From positions 72,602,001-72,666,000 of the forward strand of contig OX597819.1 of the NCBI GenBank assembly GCA_951406725.2: DNA of 64,000 bases, written 5' to 3'. A model generated the notes under the pieces. It was not told the DNA's origin and made no database searches. It was given only the letters and a program-made list of their open reading frames with translations. The stretch is from Octopus vulgaris (Eukaryota). The position numbers were made by a program, and so were the translations under genes. Each line of letters opens with the position of its first letter. Within the stretch, counting starts at the first letter, position 1. This document shows, piece after piece, positions 11,201 through 24,405 of this stretch.

Positions 11201-12825
11201 TTACGTTGAACTTGTTGAAACATCTGGCCAATGTCAACATGAAACAAATACATGAAATGATGATGATGATGTGTTCAAGTTAACCTCCTTGTAATGTTCT
11301 GAACAAGTTATAGGCAGACATCAACTAATTTGTAAGTTAGTCTTGTTATAATATTTGCTTTAGCAACCAGTTTTTCGCTTCCCTGTAAAGAACCGTATAA
11401 AAGAGACAGCAAAATTTTTAAAATAAACTGAATTTTCTGGTGGTGCTAGTTTCTGTAATCTTCCCTATAACAACTTGCTGTATTTATAGTTCAATGAAGG
11501 ATTCATAGGAATTTCAAAAGAAAATTTTCCACTATAACAACCAGCTGGTTATTTTCTTATAAAGAACCATAAAAAACAAATAATAGAAAAAAATGATTTT
11601 CACTGTTTGTTTTTGATTTCATTTACTTAGTTTTGTTTTGTTTCTGTTGGATTAGATTTTTTTTAATGTTCTGAATGCTTTTCTAAGCTTTCTAGAGTGA
11701 GTCATCTTTTAAAAATTCATTTTTAACTAAATTATTCCTAAATTTGTCATTAATTACAGATGATAATTCTGTTCGTTATGGTTTTAACATAAATTTATTA
11801 GAAACACACAAACACAAAGCGTATTATATAGACACTGTATATTCTAGCTGAGTTTTATAGGTTATTGCAGTTTCTAACTGGGTCATGATAACAGTGATGT
11901 GGTTGCAAACAAAACAGGAATGTGAAACACAGAAATTTAGGTGTGGTGCAGAGGGCATAGAGATCATAACACACAAAATACATTACTACATGATATCCTT
12001 ACATTCATGCGCACACGCATCTGTATCGATCTCAGTTACATTCACTCCCGCCTCTGCCTACTGTCTCCACCAATCACCTCCTTTCTGCACCTTCTCTCCT
12101 CTCCCTCTGCTACTCTCCCTCATTAACTCCTCACTTGCCTGCTGTCACCCTCAATACCCTTACATATCAGCTGCATTCCTCACCTACCCTCTATATCCCC
12201 TCACCTATTCTCACCACACCCAATGCCCTTTCCCTCCATCCCCAACACATCCCTGCCTTTATCTCTCACATTATCACTCCCTTTATCTTATACTCCAGCT
12301 CACTCTCCTTTGTTTTCCAACTGGGGTATCCATGTGTCTACTCTACATATATCTGTCCCCTTAAATCCTTCGACTGGTAAAAAGACACACCCACTTAATA
12401 CCACTTCCCCCACTTCCCAGTTGAGTGAGGTTTGTCATGCAAGGTACTTGGTGACCATGTTGATTCTGGTGTCACATAAAAAGCACCCAGTACACTCTGT
12501 AAAGTGTTTGGCATTAGCAAGGGCATCCAGCTGTAGAAACAGACAACTGAACTTGGTGTGACTCCTGGCCTGTCAGCTGCTGTCAGATCATCCAACCCAT
12601 GCCAACATGGAAAGCAGACTTTATATAATGATGATCAACATCTTTATCATCCTCATTTAACATCTGCTTTCCATGCTGGCATGGGTTGGATATTTTCAAC
12701 AGGACCCAATGAGCCAAAGCATTGCATCATGCTCCTCTGTCTGCTTTTGAAAATCTGCTTCAGGAATTCTATCTGACCCATGCAAGCATGGAAAAGTGGA
12801 CATCAAAATGATGGCAATTATGATA

Positions 12826-12839
12826 TGTGTGTGTGTGTG

Positions 12840-12915
<76 letters not shown>
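12826..12915. repeat. (TG)n(TA)n microsatellite
   Basis: directly visible. Confidence 0.95.
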
Positions 12916-12917
<2 letters not shown>

Positions 12918-13278
12918 CAGGATGATTCAAAAGTCTCCATACATAGGACAAATTTATTCTTTTATAAGAAACAGTTTATTAGATCCCCCGATCTGACCCC
13001 TCTTGATTTCTATCTTTGGGAGCATTTGAAAGTCATGGTGTATCGCAGAAAGATAAAAGACATAAATCATTTGAAGGAACGCATCACCAATGCATTTGCA
13101 CACGTATCACCAGATGTGCTATTACAAGTTCACAATGAGTGGGGTAAACGTATTGCAATGTGTATTCAAAACAATGGTAACCATATAGAGCCTGTTAAAT
13201 AAAAAAGAAACTTCTTATAAACTGTTTCTTATAAAAAGAGAACTTGTTCCTATGTATGGCGACTTTTGAATCATCCTG
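12918..13278 (+). mobile_element. non-autonomous Tc1/mariner (DDxD, maT/rosa-like) deletion derivative
   Basis: TIRs CAGGATGATTCAAAAGTC.CCATACATAGGA at both ends, TA flanks (12916-17, 13279-80); interior encodes RSPDLTPLDFYLWEHLK...CIQNNGNHIE, a transposase C-terminus. Confidence 0.92.
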
Positions 13279-13357
13279 TATATGTATACACATACACACA
13301 CTACTATGCATATACACAGGCATACACTAATATATATATATATCTACACATATTTCA

Positions 13358-13888
13358 TGTGCAAGAGAGATGACTGCACTAGTATGGTCATGTGTTGTGT
13401 ATGGTTGAGGACAGCTATGTGAAAAAGTGTCACACCCTATCAGTAGAACAAACCTGTGGAAGAGGAAGACCTGGGATGAGGTGGTGAAGCATGACCTTCG
13501 AACGTTGGGCCTCACCCAAAAGGCAATGACAAGTGACCGAGACCTTTAGAGATATGCTGTGCTTGAGAAGACCAGCAAGCCAAGTGAGGCTGTTGACGCA
13601 AGTGAAGTCGTTGTCGTGGCCTGATTGGCATCCGTGCCAGTGGCATGTAATAAGCACCACTCGAGCATGATCACTGCCAGTGCCACCTGACTGGCCCTCA
13701 TGCTGGTGGCATGCTAAAAGCACCCACTACACTCTCGGTGTAGTTGGCATTAGGAAGGGCATCCAGCTGTAGAAACTTTGCCAGATCAGATTGGAGCCTG
13801 GTGCAGCCATCTGGCTTGCCAGCCCTCAGTCAAACCATGCAACCCATTCTAGCATGGAAAGCAAACGTTACAAAACAATGATGATGAT
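13358..13888 (+). mobile_element. 5'-truncated RTE LINE (ORF end plus family A 3' UTR)
   Basis: gagagatgactgcactagtatggtcatgtg (RRLRWYGHV-like) and ggaagagg/acctgggatgaggtggtgaag (RGR..TWDEVVK-like) running into family A tail and (GAT)n. Confidence 0.85.
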
Positions 13889-14544
13889 CATCATCATATA
13901 TAAATACAAGGATGAAAAACATAAGTCAACTCCAACAATATTGACTTTGTGCCTTTGACATCATCATCCTCATCATGTTGATGAAATAAAGAAACTTCTA
14001 GGACTAGGAGCAAGCTAATCAACTTCTCTCTCAAAAATGTGTGTTCAAGCTTACAGTCCTGTAGAAGAAGGATGCAGTCAAGTCTTTAGATGGGACAGCA
14101 CCAAGTGCCAGAACCTTTTGCAGGGAAAAGAGACGGGCGGTATAGCAATTTCCTGTCAACATTGGCTTTCAAGGATTCCCCACACAGTCTTTATGAGAAT
14201 GCTTATGGCCATCAGAATAAGAGGAAGAGAGAGAAAAGATAGCAGTTGTGAGCAAAATGGGTAAGACAGCAGGAAGAGCCTTTTGCTGGTTATGGAGCGA
14301 GAGAGAGGAGCTAAGATGAAAGCCAAGAGGAGATGATGAGCAATGATTTTAGCCACCAATGGGAGAGTGTTATGGTTGAGGATCAGAACACTGATTGTTC
14401 ATTGGACACTGTCTGATAACCTCAGTTCTTGGTTGAGGCTACATTTACCAAAGATGAATGAAAGAGAAGCATCTTTTTTAGATACAATCATTCTTGTTTC
14501 TTTTATTGACCACAAGGTTCAAGACATTGGGGACAGTACATAGT

Positions 14545-14838
14545 GGCGATGAGCATGGCCGATGCCAGTACCTGCTGAGTGGCTCTTGTGCCGGTGGGAT
14601 GTAAAAAGCACCATCCAAACATGATCAATGCCAGGCCCACCTGACTGGCTCCTGTGCCAGTGGCATGTAAAAAGCACCCACTAGATTCTCGGAATGATTG
14701 GGGTTACGAAGGGCATCCAGCTGTAGAAACATTGCCAGATCAGATTGGAGCCTGGTGCAGTCGCTGGCTCTCCAGATCTCAGTCAAACCATCCAACCCAT
14801 GCCAGCATAGAAAATGGACATTAAACGATGATGATGAT
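14545..14838 (+). mobile_element. Family A RTE 3' fragment
   Basis: family A body and (GAT)n tail. Confidence 0.85.
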
Positions 14839-15500
14839 AAAAGGAGGAAGGTCAGTTATAATAATAATCACAATAATAAATAACAATAACAACAGAATAA
14901 TAAAAGGGGTCCAAAAATGAGCAGAGTGGGAGGAATCATAGAAAGGGATTCTAAGTATCCTATACACCCATGTAACAACTCCAGATTGTCAATACATCAA
15001 GTATATATACCATCTCTCAGTTCTCCAGCTCTTGCAGGCCATTCTGGAGCTGCAAAGTTTGAGTAAACTAATTTAGCCACACGAATTCCCCTATTCTGAC
15101 TCATTTATTATTAAAATATAATAGAGAGTAGCACCTCTCTCCATTACTCTTCAAGAAGTTGATGGGGGTTTGATCTGAGACAGAAATCTCTGCCCTCAAA
15201 CCTTTTGACTGCATCCACCACACTACTTTGTACACCATGTCACTAGCAACTGACTAAAGCTGAGTCAATCAGCTTTACCTTTCCTCTTCTAAAGTTTGCC
15301 TTGTGAGCAAAAGAATATCATTAGAATAGAGATAAGCTGTTGATAAGGTGAGTCATGACCTAGTCTCCCTCTCTGGGGTGAAAAGAGTTATCTTTTAATG
15401 TCCTTCACAAACACAACATGAATTTCTCTCAACTAAATGTCACTAATTTATTCATTCTGCTAAAATACCCCCCACTTTAAATTTGTTTTTTTTTATTTAA

Positions 15501-15920
15501 CCCTATTCATACTGGCTTATTCACACTGCCCCTAGTTCTGCTATAAACTTTGTTTAAAGTAATCCAATTTGAATTTTTTGTTAAAATTTCATGATAACTA
15601 ACACCAGCTTAATGATGACAGTTATTCCATTGTTATTTTCAAAATAATTGAAACCAGGTCAGTGTGCTTCAAAAGAAATCTGGTAACGAAAGGGTTAACC
15701 CTTATATTAACTTGCCAGAGATGTCCGTTGTTCTGTGACACAAATTTCCTCTTTTAAAGTGATCTAAATTAAATTCTTCCATTAAATTTATTTATTTTTA
15801 TTTTTGTTCCAAACACCAGCTTAATTAATTACGACAGTAATTTTTCTAATTTCGTCAGTATTTTCAAAATAGTTGAAACAGTAGCGAAATTTTTCAACAG
15901 AATTTATGGTAACAAAAGGT
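15501..15920. mobile_element. head-to-tail pair of piggyBac-like (TTAA/CCCT) MITEs
   Basis: TTAA|CCCT at 15497-15504, AGGG|TTAA|CCCT at 15691-15702; the two halves share internal sequence (aacaccagcttaat, ttttcaaaata.ttgaaac, tggtaac.aaagg). Confidence 0.7.
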
Positions 15921-16599
15921 TGGAAGACAGACATAAAATGAATGAAATTTATATGTCCTTGATATCCGTTGCTTGCCTTGCTTTCATGTAGGGAATGCCT
16001 CTGATTCTTCAGGTATTGATACCTGCAAAATGTATAGTGCTGTACATGTAGACCTTACATCATCATCATTTAATGTCGGTTTTCCATGTTAGCATAAGTT
16101 GGATGGTTTGATAAGAGCCAGCTAAGCAGAAGACTGCACCAAGCTTCACTGTCTGTTTTGGCAGGGTCTTTATGGCTGGATGCCCTTTCTAACACCAACC
16201 CCTGCACAGAGTGGACTGAGTGGTTTTATGTGGACCAGCACAGAGGAGGAAATATAGATATGAGCAGAGGCAGAATGTTCAGTTGGTTCGGAATTGGATC
16301 AGTGTATTTCAGGTGTACCCTGGGTACTAGCAGTTCATTTCTGAGTAATAAGCAATCTTTATTATTTTGTTATGTTGGGTGTTTGTAAGGTATATTCGTA
16401 CTGTGTGTGTGTTTATGCATATCATGGATGTTTATAGCATTGTTTAAGTTTGGGTTGTCCCTGATTAAGTCCAGCTACTAAGCTATATATGGCTATCATA
16501 TGTCCACACCTTTTGCATCTCCAATCTGGAACTTTCATCTTGTCCCGAATATCAATCTACTGGAAGCTGTCCAGAGACATGCAACCAGACAAACACTTT

Positions 16600-16908
16600 C
16601 CATGACGTAAAAAGCCCCATCCGATCGTGGCCGTTGCCAGCCTTGCCTGGCCTCCGTGTTGGTGGCACGTAAAAAGCAACATCCGCTCATGGCCATTTGC
16701 CAGCCTCGTCTGGCACCTGTGCCGGTGGTATGTAAAAAGCACCCACTACACTCATGGAGTGGTTGGCGTTAGGAAGAGCATCCAGCTGTAGAAACATTGC
16801 CAGATCAGACTGGGCCTGGTGCAGCCTTCTGGCTTCCCAGACCCCAGTTGCACCATCCAACCCATGCCAGCATGGAAAGCGGATGCTAAACAATGATGAT
16901 GATGATGA
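16600..16908 (+). mobile_element. Family A RTE 3' fragment
   Basis: close to the reverse complement of 338-630. Confidence 0.85.
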
Positions 16909-17984
16909 AATGTCTTGCTTCTTTGGGCACCGATACACTGAAGTTTCAATATTTAGCAAATGACTTGGTAAAAGTCCACAAAATTATCCACCATCTTCCC
17001 AACAACAGTTTTGGCCACCTTTTCCAATTCTTTATCTTTACCAAACATAGAGACACATTAATAAAATCAAAAAACAACACCACATCTAGGACTTTCAGAA
17101 ACATTTTTATCACTCTCAGAATTATCAAAGCTTAGAATAAACTACCTGTGTTGGTTATGAACTGTCAGGACACTGCATTCCTTCCAAACTTCCATGCTTC
17201 CTGATGTGTCTCTCCATTCTTTCCTCTTTACTGTAGAGAATGCCTCTGATTTTCAGGTATAATGTATTGATACCTGGAAGATGTATAGTGCTGTACATGT
17301 GGACCTTACCTCATCATTTACTGTTCCTGTGTTTTATTCTGTGTAGCTCTTTTAGCTCTTTTAGTCTTTCTTTAACTGGACTTATATGTCAAATAAATAA
17401 CAGTTATGATGTATCTATTTAATATCTTAGTATGAAAGGAATGGAACTGATAAAGCACAGGCTACAAACCACCTTTTGTCATCTATACTAACTGCACACA
17501 TGCTCAAAGCCTACTAACTTCCTACACTTGGATCCCTGGATCGTACTTATTACTATATAATTTCTGATATATAATATCAAGATTCAAGATTTCTTTGTTA
17601 TGATTTCCTTATTCCAAGTGGTCTGACAGTATCCCTTTGAACCTGTCACCTCTCTCTATATTCACTGGTCCTTTTGTTGAGCACAATAACAACCATCGAT
17701 TTACCATGATCCCTCAGTACTTAATGGCTATTGAATATTTTTTTTTAAAATTCACCCAATTTCCCAAGGCCAGACTAGAACAATTTAATTAGTTATACGA
17801 TCAACCTGAAACTGCATCATCAACAACAACAACATCCTGATCAACGAGAGACCTGTATACAATCATGTGACCTACTAAATAGCTGTTATTTTGCTCTCAA
17901 ATCACAGCCCACCATCTTAGAAAAGAATAGTATTCCTAAAATGATGGATATTAGTGATTTGAACACTTCTAGTTAAGAGGGATG

Positions 17985-18130
17985 TGTGGTTAAGAAGCTT
18001 GCTTGGCAAGCACGTGGTTTCAGGTTCAGTCCTACTGCACAGCACCTTAGGTAAATGTCTTCTATTATAGCCCCAGGCAGACCAAAGCCTTGTGCATGGA
18101 TTTGGTAGATAGAAACTGTGTGAAAGCTTG

Positions 18131-18170
<40 letters not shown>

Positions 18171-19045
18171 TAATTATTGATTAATGTCTATTTTCCATGC
18201 TGGCATGTGTTGGACAGTTTGACTGAGGTCTGGAGAGCCAGCGGCTGCACTAGGCTCCATCTGGTCTGGCAGAGTTTCTACAGCTGGATGCCCTTCCTAA
18301 TGCTAACCACTCCGAGAGTGTAGTGGATGCTTTTTATATGCTGCTGGCACAGGAGCCAGTACAGCGGACCTGGCAACAATCACATTTGGATGATACTTTT
18401 TATGTGCCACTTGCACAGGAGCCAGTCAGGGGGTACTCACATCGGTCACGATCAGTTGGTGCTTTTTATGTACCACTGGCAATGAACACTTTTGGATGGT
18501 GCTTTTTATGTGCCATCGGCACGGGAGCCAGTCAGGGGGCACTGGCTCCAGCTACGATATTGGATTTACTTGACTTAACAGGTCTTCTCAAGCATATCAT
18601 ATCGCCCGACGCATCAGGAGTATTCTTAACATGGCTGGACATGTGTGGCTACGATCTCACTTTAATTGCCGGGTCTTCTCAATCACAGTATATCTCCAGA
18701 GGTCCTGGTCTCCTGCCATTGCCTCTGTGAGGCCCAGTGTTCAAAGGTCATGCTTCACCTCTTCATCCCATGTCTTCTTGGGTTTACCTCTTCTACAGGT
18801 TCCTTATACAGTTAGGATGTGGCACTTCCTCAGAGAGAGAGAGAGAGAGCATCTGTGTGTGTATATGTCTTTGTTCCCCACTGCTGCTTGACAACCAGTG
18901 TTGGTTTTTTACATCCCTTTGACTTAACAGTTTGGTAAAAGACACTGATGGACTAAGTATCAGGTTTTAAAAAGAAATAAGTACTGTGATCTGTTTGAAG
19001 GCTGTGCCCCAGCATGGCCCCAGTCCAATGACTGAAACAAGATAA
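17985..19045 (+). mobile_element. SINE family B split at its microsatellite by a minus-strand RTE 3' fragment (~18170-18828)
   Basis: B head 17985-18130, (TA)n, RTE fragment including catcccatgtcttcttgggtttacctctt (RGKPKKTWD on minus), B tail 18850-19045. Confidence 0.8.
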
Positions 19046-19622
19046 ATGATAGATTTACTCCATCAGGTCTAACTTGAGGCAAAACAACAACAACAATCAG
19101 CTGCACCAGCCAACCAGCAGTACCACAAGCCAACAAAGGAGTCTTGACTCGGTCACTTAACCTCCTAGAAATAGCTGCCAAATGCTCATCTATAAATAAT
19201 GAGGTTATCAATTTGAAAAAATTATAATTTTTCTAAGAACTCATCTCAGATTTTTCAGCAGACTCTAATGTCCCATCAGTTTGACTGGACATACTTGAAG
19301 GGAGATATACTCTATTGTTGTAAAGGAACATATATGTACTCTTGTTGTGTGTACTCTTGTTGAATTAACTCATTTATATTATCGCTAGTTACTTTATCAA
19401 TACTTGTTTTCTCATCTTCTCCTTCCTTACTGCTTCAAAACACATCATCATTAGCCTCCATCCGATTTGAAGTCAAGAGTTATGAGCTGAGCCGTCAAAC
19501 AAGTTTTACTTTCTCTATTTCTCTCTTCCATCTCAATGCATTTGGCTCTGTTTTGTTTATAACTCACATCAAATCACCTTATCAACTGCTATTTATATTG
19601 ATTCTTCTTTAATATTTTCCAG

Positions 19623-19844
19623 GTATCCACAAATAAAACTCGCTACATCATCGGAGCCATTCTAGCAGAAAATGGTGCCTTACCCAATGAGCAGCTGAAA
19701 ACCACTTTAAAAGAGAAAGGCTATACTATAGCTCGGTTCCCAGAAGTGAGTCATGCTGTGAAAACAATGTTTCCTTTCAAATGTACCCTATCAATATTCA
19801 TTGCACTCATCAGAGTCTACCCACAGTTAGGAAGCTATCTAAAG
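19623..19844 (+). CDS. TEX264: TEX264 internal coding exon (GyrI-like domain), 222 nt, phase 0/0
   Basis: ttttccag| ... |gtaggt; translates VSTNKTRYIIGAILAENGALPNEQLKTTLKEKGYTIARFPEVSHAVKTMFPFKCTLSIFIALIRVYPQLGSYLK, colinear with human TEX264 VPPDKCRCAVGSILSE...FPAPSHVVTATFPYTTILSIWLATRRVHPALDTYIK (recalled); absent from the ORF track. Confidence 0.93.
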
Positions 19845-20634
19845 GTAGGTTTCTCTTTTCTTGTTGTTTTTTTTTTTCCTTTTTCCCCTCCAGTCTGTCT
19901 TTTAACAGATTGAGAGCATTGGTCATGTAATTTAAGAAGTTCACTTTCTAGTCAGAGGGGTTCTTGGCTCAATTTTGCTGCATGCCGTCCAAGCAAGTGT
20001 CAGCTGTATCCCCTGGTCAACTTAGACTTTGTCAATGAAATTAGGTGGGCAAACAAGTACAGTAGCCATCCATGTATGATACTTGCAGTCAGCCACATGT
20101 TCAGACAAGAATTTGTTGTTTCTCTTAAAGTAATAAACATCTGCTGACATTGTGAATACCTGCCTAGCTGATTAAAAATCTGGTTCATGCAATTGAAACA
20201 GTATTTAATTAAAATAACCATCTGTGTATCATACTCAATGTATATATACTGTAAATAGGTCAGTTACTGCTTGTACTTGTTCTGAGATAACATCTCTTAT
20301 GGATGTGCAGTGTTAAAAAATGCAAATTAATATGAGGGAGATGAAAATCAGTAGCAGCCACCAAGAACGCCAGATGCATTTCAGCCCTTTTGAGCCTTTT
20401 AAATGGTGTTTACCTACAGCTGGCCTCATGCTTGGTCAAGAATTTGTTGCATCTGATTTAGGGAAAAACAAATAAAACATTCACCAGATTGCAAGTCCAG
20501 TCCATCAGTTGGTCTGTACTTGTAATCCCCCCTCCCCTTCCCCAGTCTTGCAAACACACACACTGTTATACTGTGCCCACATGATAATTACATTAAAACT
20601 ACAGATTTCTGTAGAATTGTCAACATCTTACACC

Positions 20635-21070
20635 CATCACCATTTCAACATATACTTTTCCATGTTTGCATGGATCAGACAGAATTTGTCGAGACAGGAT
20701 TTTCTAATACTGGATGCTCTTCCTGTTGCCAACTCTCAACTCTTTCCATGCAAGGTAATATTTTCCACCAGTTTTTTTTTTTTCTTGTAACCATGGACAA
20801 CACAGTGGCCGCAAACAAATGATATCACTTGTATGATGATGATGTTAGTTAGCAACAATTAGCAGACAGTGTTAAGACAGACACAAACACTCACCCACAT
20901 ACATGCATAGGAATGATTGGCTTTTTTCCGTTTCCTTCTTCCAAATCAATTCACAAGGCTTTGGTCAGCCTTGGGTTGTAGTAGAAAACACTTGTTCAAG
21001 GTGCCACACCATGGGACTGAACCCAAAGTACATGGTTTGAAAGTGATCTTCTTAACCACACAGCCATGTC
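20635..21070 (-). mobile_element. SINE family B with RTE-type tail
   Basis: ttttccatgtttgcatggatcagacagaatttg tail, then B core and head cacttgttcaaggtgccacaccatgggactgaaccc. Confidence 0.7.
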
Positions 21071-22614
21071 TATCTGTAATTCTATTGCTCAAACAGATGA
21101 AACCTCCAGATCCAATCACATTTAAAAGAATTATTTGATTTCTTGCTTAAGAAAGAAGTGGAATGAGAGTGTGTGACATTCATGCTTTTGTTGAGAGAAT
21201 CAAAACCTGAAAAGGATCCGATGAGCCAGAGGACTGCATTGAGCTCCACTCTCTGCTTTGACATAGTTTCTATGGCTAGGTGCCCTTCCAGCCACTTTAC
21301 AGAGTGCACTGGATGCTTTCTATTGGCATCAGCACCAGTAGGGTCACCAAGTAATTTGCAAGACAAACATCCTTCAGGTAAAAGAGGGAGAGTTATTGAG
21401 GGAGGTGGCTTTGTGCTAGATAATGAGATGTTAAACTATTATAGAGGGATAGGAACTAGTGTCTTGTAGAGGAAATACATAGCTACCATGTGTGTGTGAT
21501 TCTATGCTATCATATTTTGGGTTTCCAAAAATTTTTCTGACTTTGAAAAGAAAGCCTAGCTTTAAGGTTGCAGTTTTAGCAAAGTTATTTGTGTTAAATT
21601 ATATCTCATCATCATCACCATTTAATATACATTTTCCACGTTGTCAGGGTTTGGATGGTTTGACAGGAGCTGGCTCCAATTGTCTGTTTTGACAAGGTTT
21701 CTATGGTTGAAATACCCTTTCTAATGCCAACCACTTTACAGAGCATGCTGGTTGCTTTTATTATGGCACCAGCACAGGTGCTTTTTACGTGCTGCCAGCA
21801 TGGATGCTTTTTATGTGGCACCAAATATATATATATATATATATACACACACAAACATATATATATACATACATATATATATAATATATATGTATATATA
21901 TCATATATTTATTATGTACAGTTGCCAAAGATTGTGAGGCCTAGTATTTGTGAGTTTGGTGGTTTTAATTGCATTTTGTTGATAATTAAAGGGGCTGAGG
22001 TACAGGTAAGCTATCAGATCCTCTGGGAATGTTAATCAGAACAGATCAGCATCTAGTAAATGTCCATCAGTGCTTAGAAGCTATTTCCCTTTTTTACATT
22101 GCATTCCTTATGCAGGTTACAGCTGACCAATTCCTTAGCAGGCATTTCATTGTATAATTGGATAGTAATTTTAATTCTATGTGATCTCAGTTCATTTAGC
22201 TGTTTGGATACCAGTGATAGAACAGGTTTATGTCATACCCAAGGATAAAACATCTTTCATTTGCTTAAAACTATCCAGCAGCCAGAGCTAAGAACTAGCT
22301 CTTGCATGTTATTTTGCGTTCGAAAAGTATTTATGGTTTTATATGTCCTTTACTGCCATACCCAACCCTCCTAGCTGAGAGGTCTTTGTCTTGAAGTGCC
22401 AGTACCACATAAAATGCACTCGTGCTGGTGCTATGTAAACACACCCATGTCGGTGGCACATAAAAAGCACCCAGTACACTCTGTAAAATGATTGGCATTA
22501 GGAAGAGCATCTAGCTGTAGAAACCAGGCCAAAACAGACAATTGGAGTCTGGCCAGCTCCTGTCAAACCGTCCAACCCATACCAGCATGGAAAACGGACA
22601 TTAAACGATGATGA

Positions 22615-22642
<28 letters not shown>

Positions 22643-22648
<6 letters not shown>

Positions 22649-22822
22649 CTAATATTTAGGAGAAGCCAACAGTTTCATGCATTAACACTTACCATAGAAA
22701 CTATATATATACTTACAAAATTAGTTACATATCTACAATCAGTAACTAGTTATATAAGTGCTAACGCATGAAACTCTTGGTCCTTGAATCACTCTCATGC
22801 TTCTGCTAAATATTACTAATAT
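22643..22822. mobile_element. short inverted-structure insertion within (TA)n (Penelope-like fragment?)
   Basis: atattactaatat at both ends; 22666-22691 inverted vs 22755-22780; each arm has a gtgY-taaY-gcat-GAAAC stem motif. Confidence 0.5.
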
Positions 22823-24057
22823 ATATATATATATATATCCCACCCATGCTAGCAGGGAAGGCGGATGTTAAACAATGAGATAGATAGATAGGTCACCTAG
22901 ATTGTACTCTTTGGCTCCTCACTGAAATATATTTTTGTTGTCTTTGCTCTGATGAACTTTCTGGTCCACTGTCTTCTGTCAAGGCTTTTAAACATGTTGC
23001 CTGCTTATCTTCCCAGGCATATCATTTATCCATCGAGCTTCCTGTTAGTCATAAGTCTTTTCTATTGAAACAGCTTCTTTCCTCAAACTGCTCCTCTCTG
23101 TTGCTTGCTACCATCGTTTTGTTCTCCTCTGGTTTATCATAATCAATCCTTTGAGCTTTCTGTCACTTGACTTCTTTTGAATTTGTAGGCCCCTTATTTT
23201 CCTCAAGCCTTCTTTGAAAATATATGTTTCATCATCATCATCATCATGTCTTTCATGCGAGCAAGGGTTGGATGTTTCAACAAGATCCAATGAATGAGAG
23301 GACTGTCTTGAACTCTAGGTGTCTGTTTTAGCATAGTTTCTATGGCTAGGTGCCCTTCCTGACACCAACCACTTTACAGAGTGTATTGAGTGCTTTTTTT
23401 GTGGCACCAACACCTATGAGGTCACCAAGTGAACTCGCAAGACAAGACTCCTCAGCTGAGGGAGGTGGCTTTGTGCCCTGATGTTGAGAAGTATGATAGA
23501 GAGACAAGAACGGAGGGGGGAGGTCTGGCTGGAGAGAAGATACATAGCTACCTATGAGTGGATGGGTGGGGGTGTGAATACATACACACACAGATGCACC
23601 TTCCAGCTGTCTTTGTCATAGTCTGGAGACCTTCTACATGCTTATATAGAATCAGCAATGTGTCAAGCAGAGGTAGGGCAAAGAAGACCTTAGAAGAATG
23701 AGTCCAGACAGGTCTGGCAAATGTGGCCTCATAGAGAAGGTAACACCAGAAGGTGGTGGGGGACAGTATGGCAAACTCTTTGAACCAATACCAAGAATGT
23801 CTCTTGGGAATAAAGCTGATGATAACATAAAAGATGACTTTGAAAATCCTGATGTGATGGAGTGGAATGTTTTTTATCCTTCCTTGGTTGATAAAAATAA
23901 ATACCAGTAATATACTGGAATCTATCCAATTAACTCTCACCATTCTCTATAAATACGTGGCTTTGTGCCAATGTTAGAAATCAGTTTTTTACATTAATAA
24001 TTACAAATATCTGAAATTGTAAACCTATCCAACTCTTATTGCCAGAATATGAAGATG

Positions 24058-24405
24058 CTGGCATGGCTGTGTGATAAGAAGCTTACTTTCCTACCACATG
24101 GTTCTGGGTTCAGTCCCACTGCATGGCACCTTGGGCAAGCATCTTCTACTATAGCCCCAGGCTGACCAAAGCCTTCTGGGTGGATTTAGTTGACCGAAAT
24201 TGAAAGAAGCCTGGTGGGGGTGTGTGTGTGTATGTCTCTCACCACTGTTTGACACCTGGTGTTGGTGTGTTTACATCCCTGTAACTTAGTGGTTCAGCAA
24301 AACAAACTGACAGAATAAGTATGAGGCTTTAAAAATAATATGTACTGGGATCAATTTGTTTGGTGCCCCAGCATGGCCATAGTCTAATGACTGAAACAAG
24401 TAAAA
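24058..24405 (+). mobile_element. SINE family B, full length
   Basis: A-box-like ggcatggctgtgtg, B-box-like gggttcagtccc, (TG)n centre, tail cagcatggccatagtctaatgactgaaacaagtaaaag. Confidence 0.9.

Noticed and set aside
14030-14530. Possible minus-strand CR1/Jockey-like LINE 3' remnant
   Set aside because: No diagnostic motif could be read with confidence.
23548-23943. 131-aa minus-strand ORF
   Set aside because: The opposite strand reads as a decayed RTE C-terminus (RGRAKKTLEE); no splice or homology support for the minus ORF.
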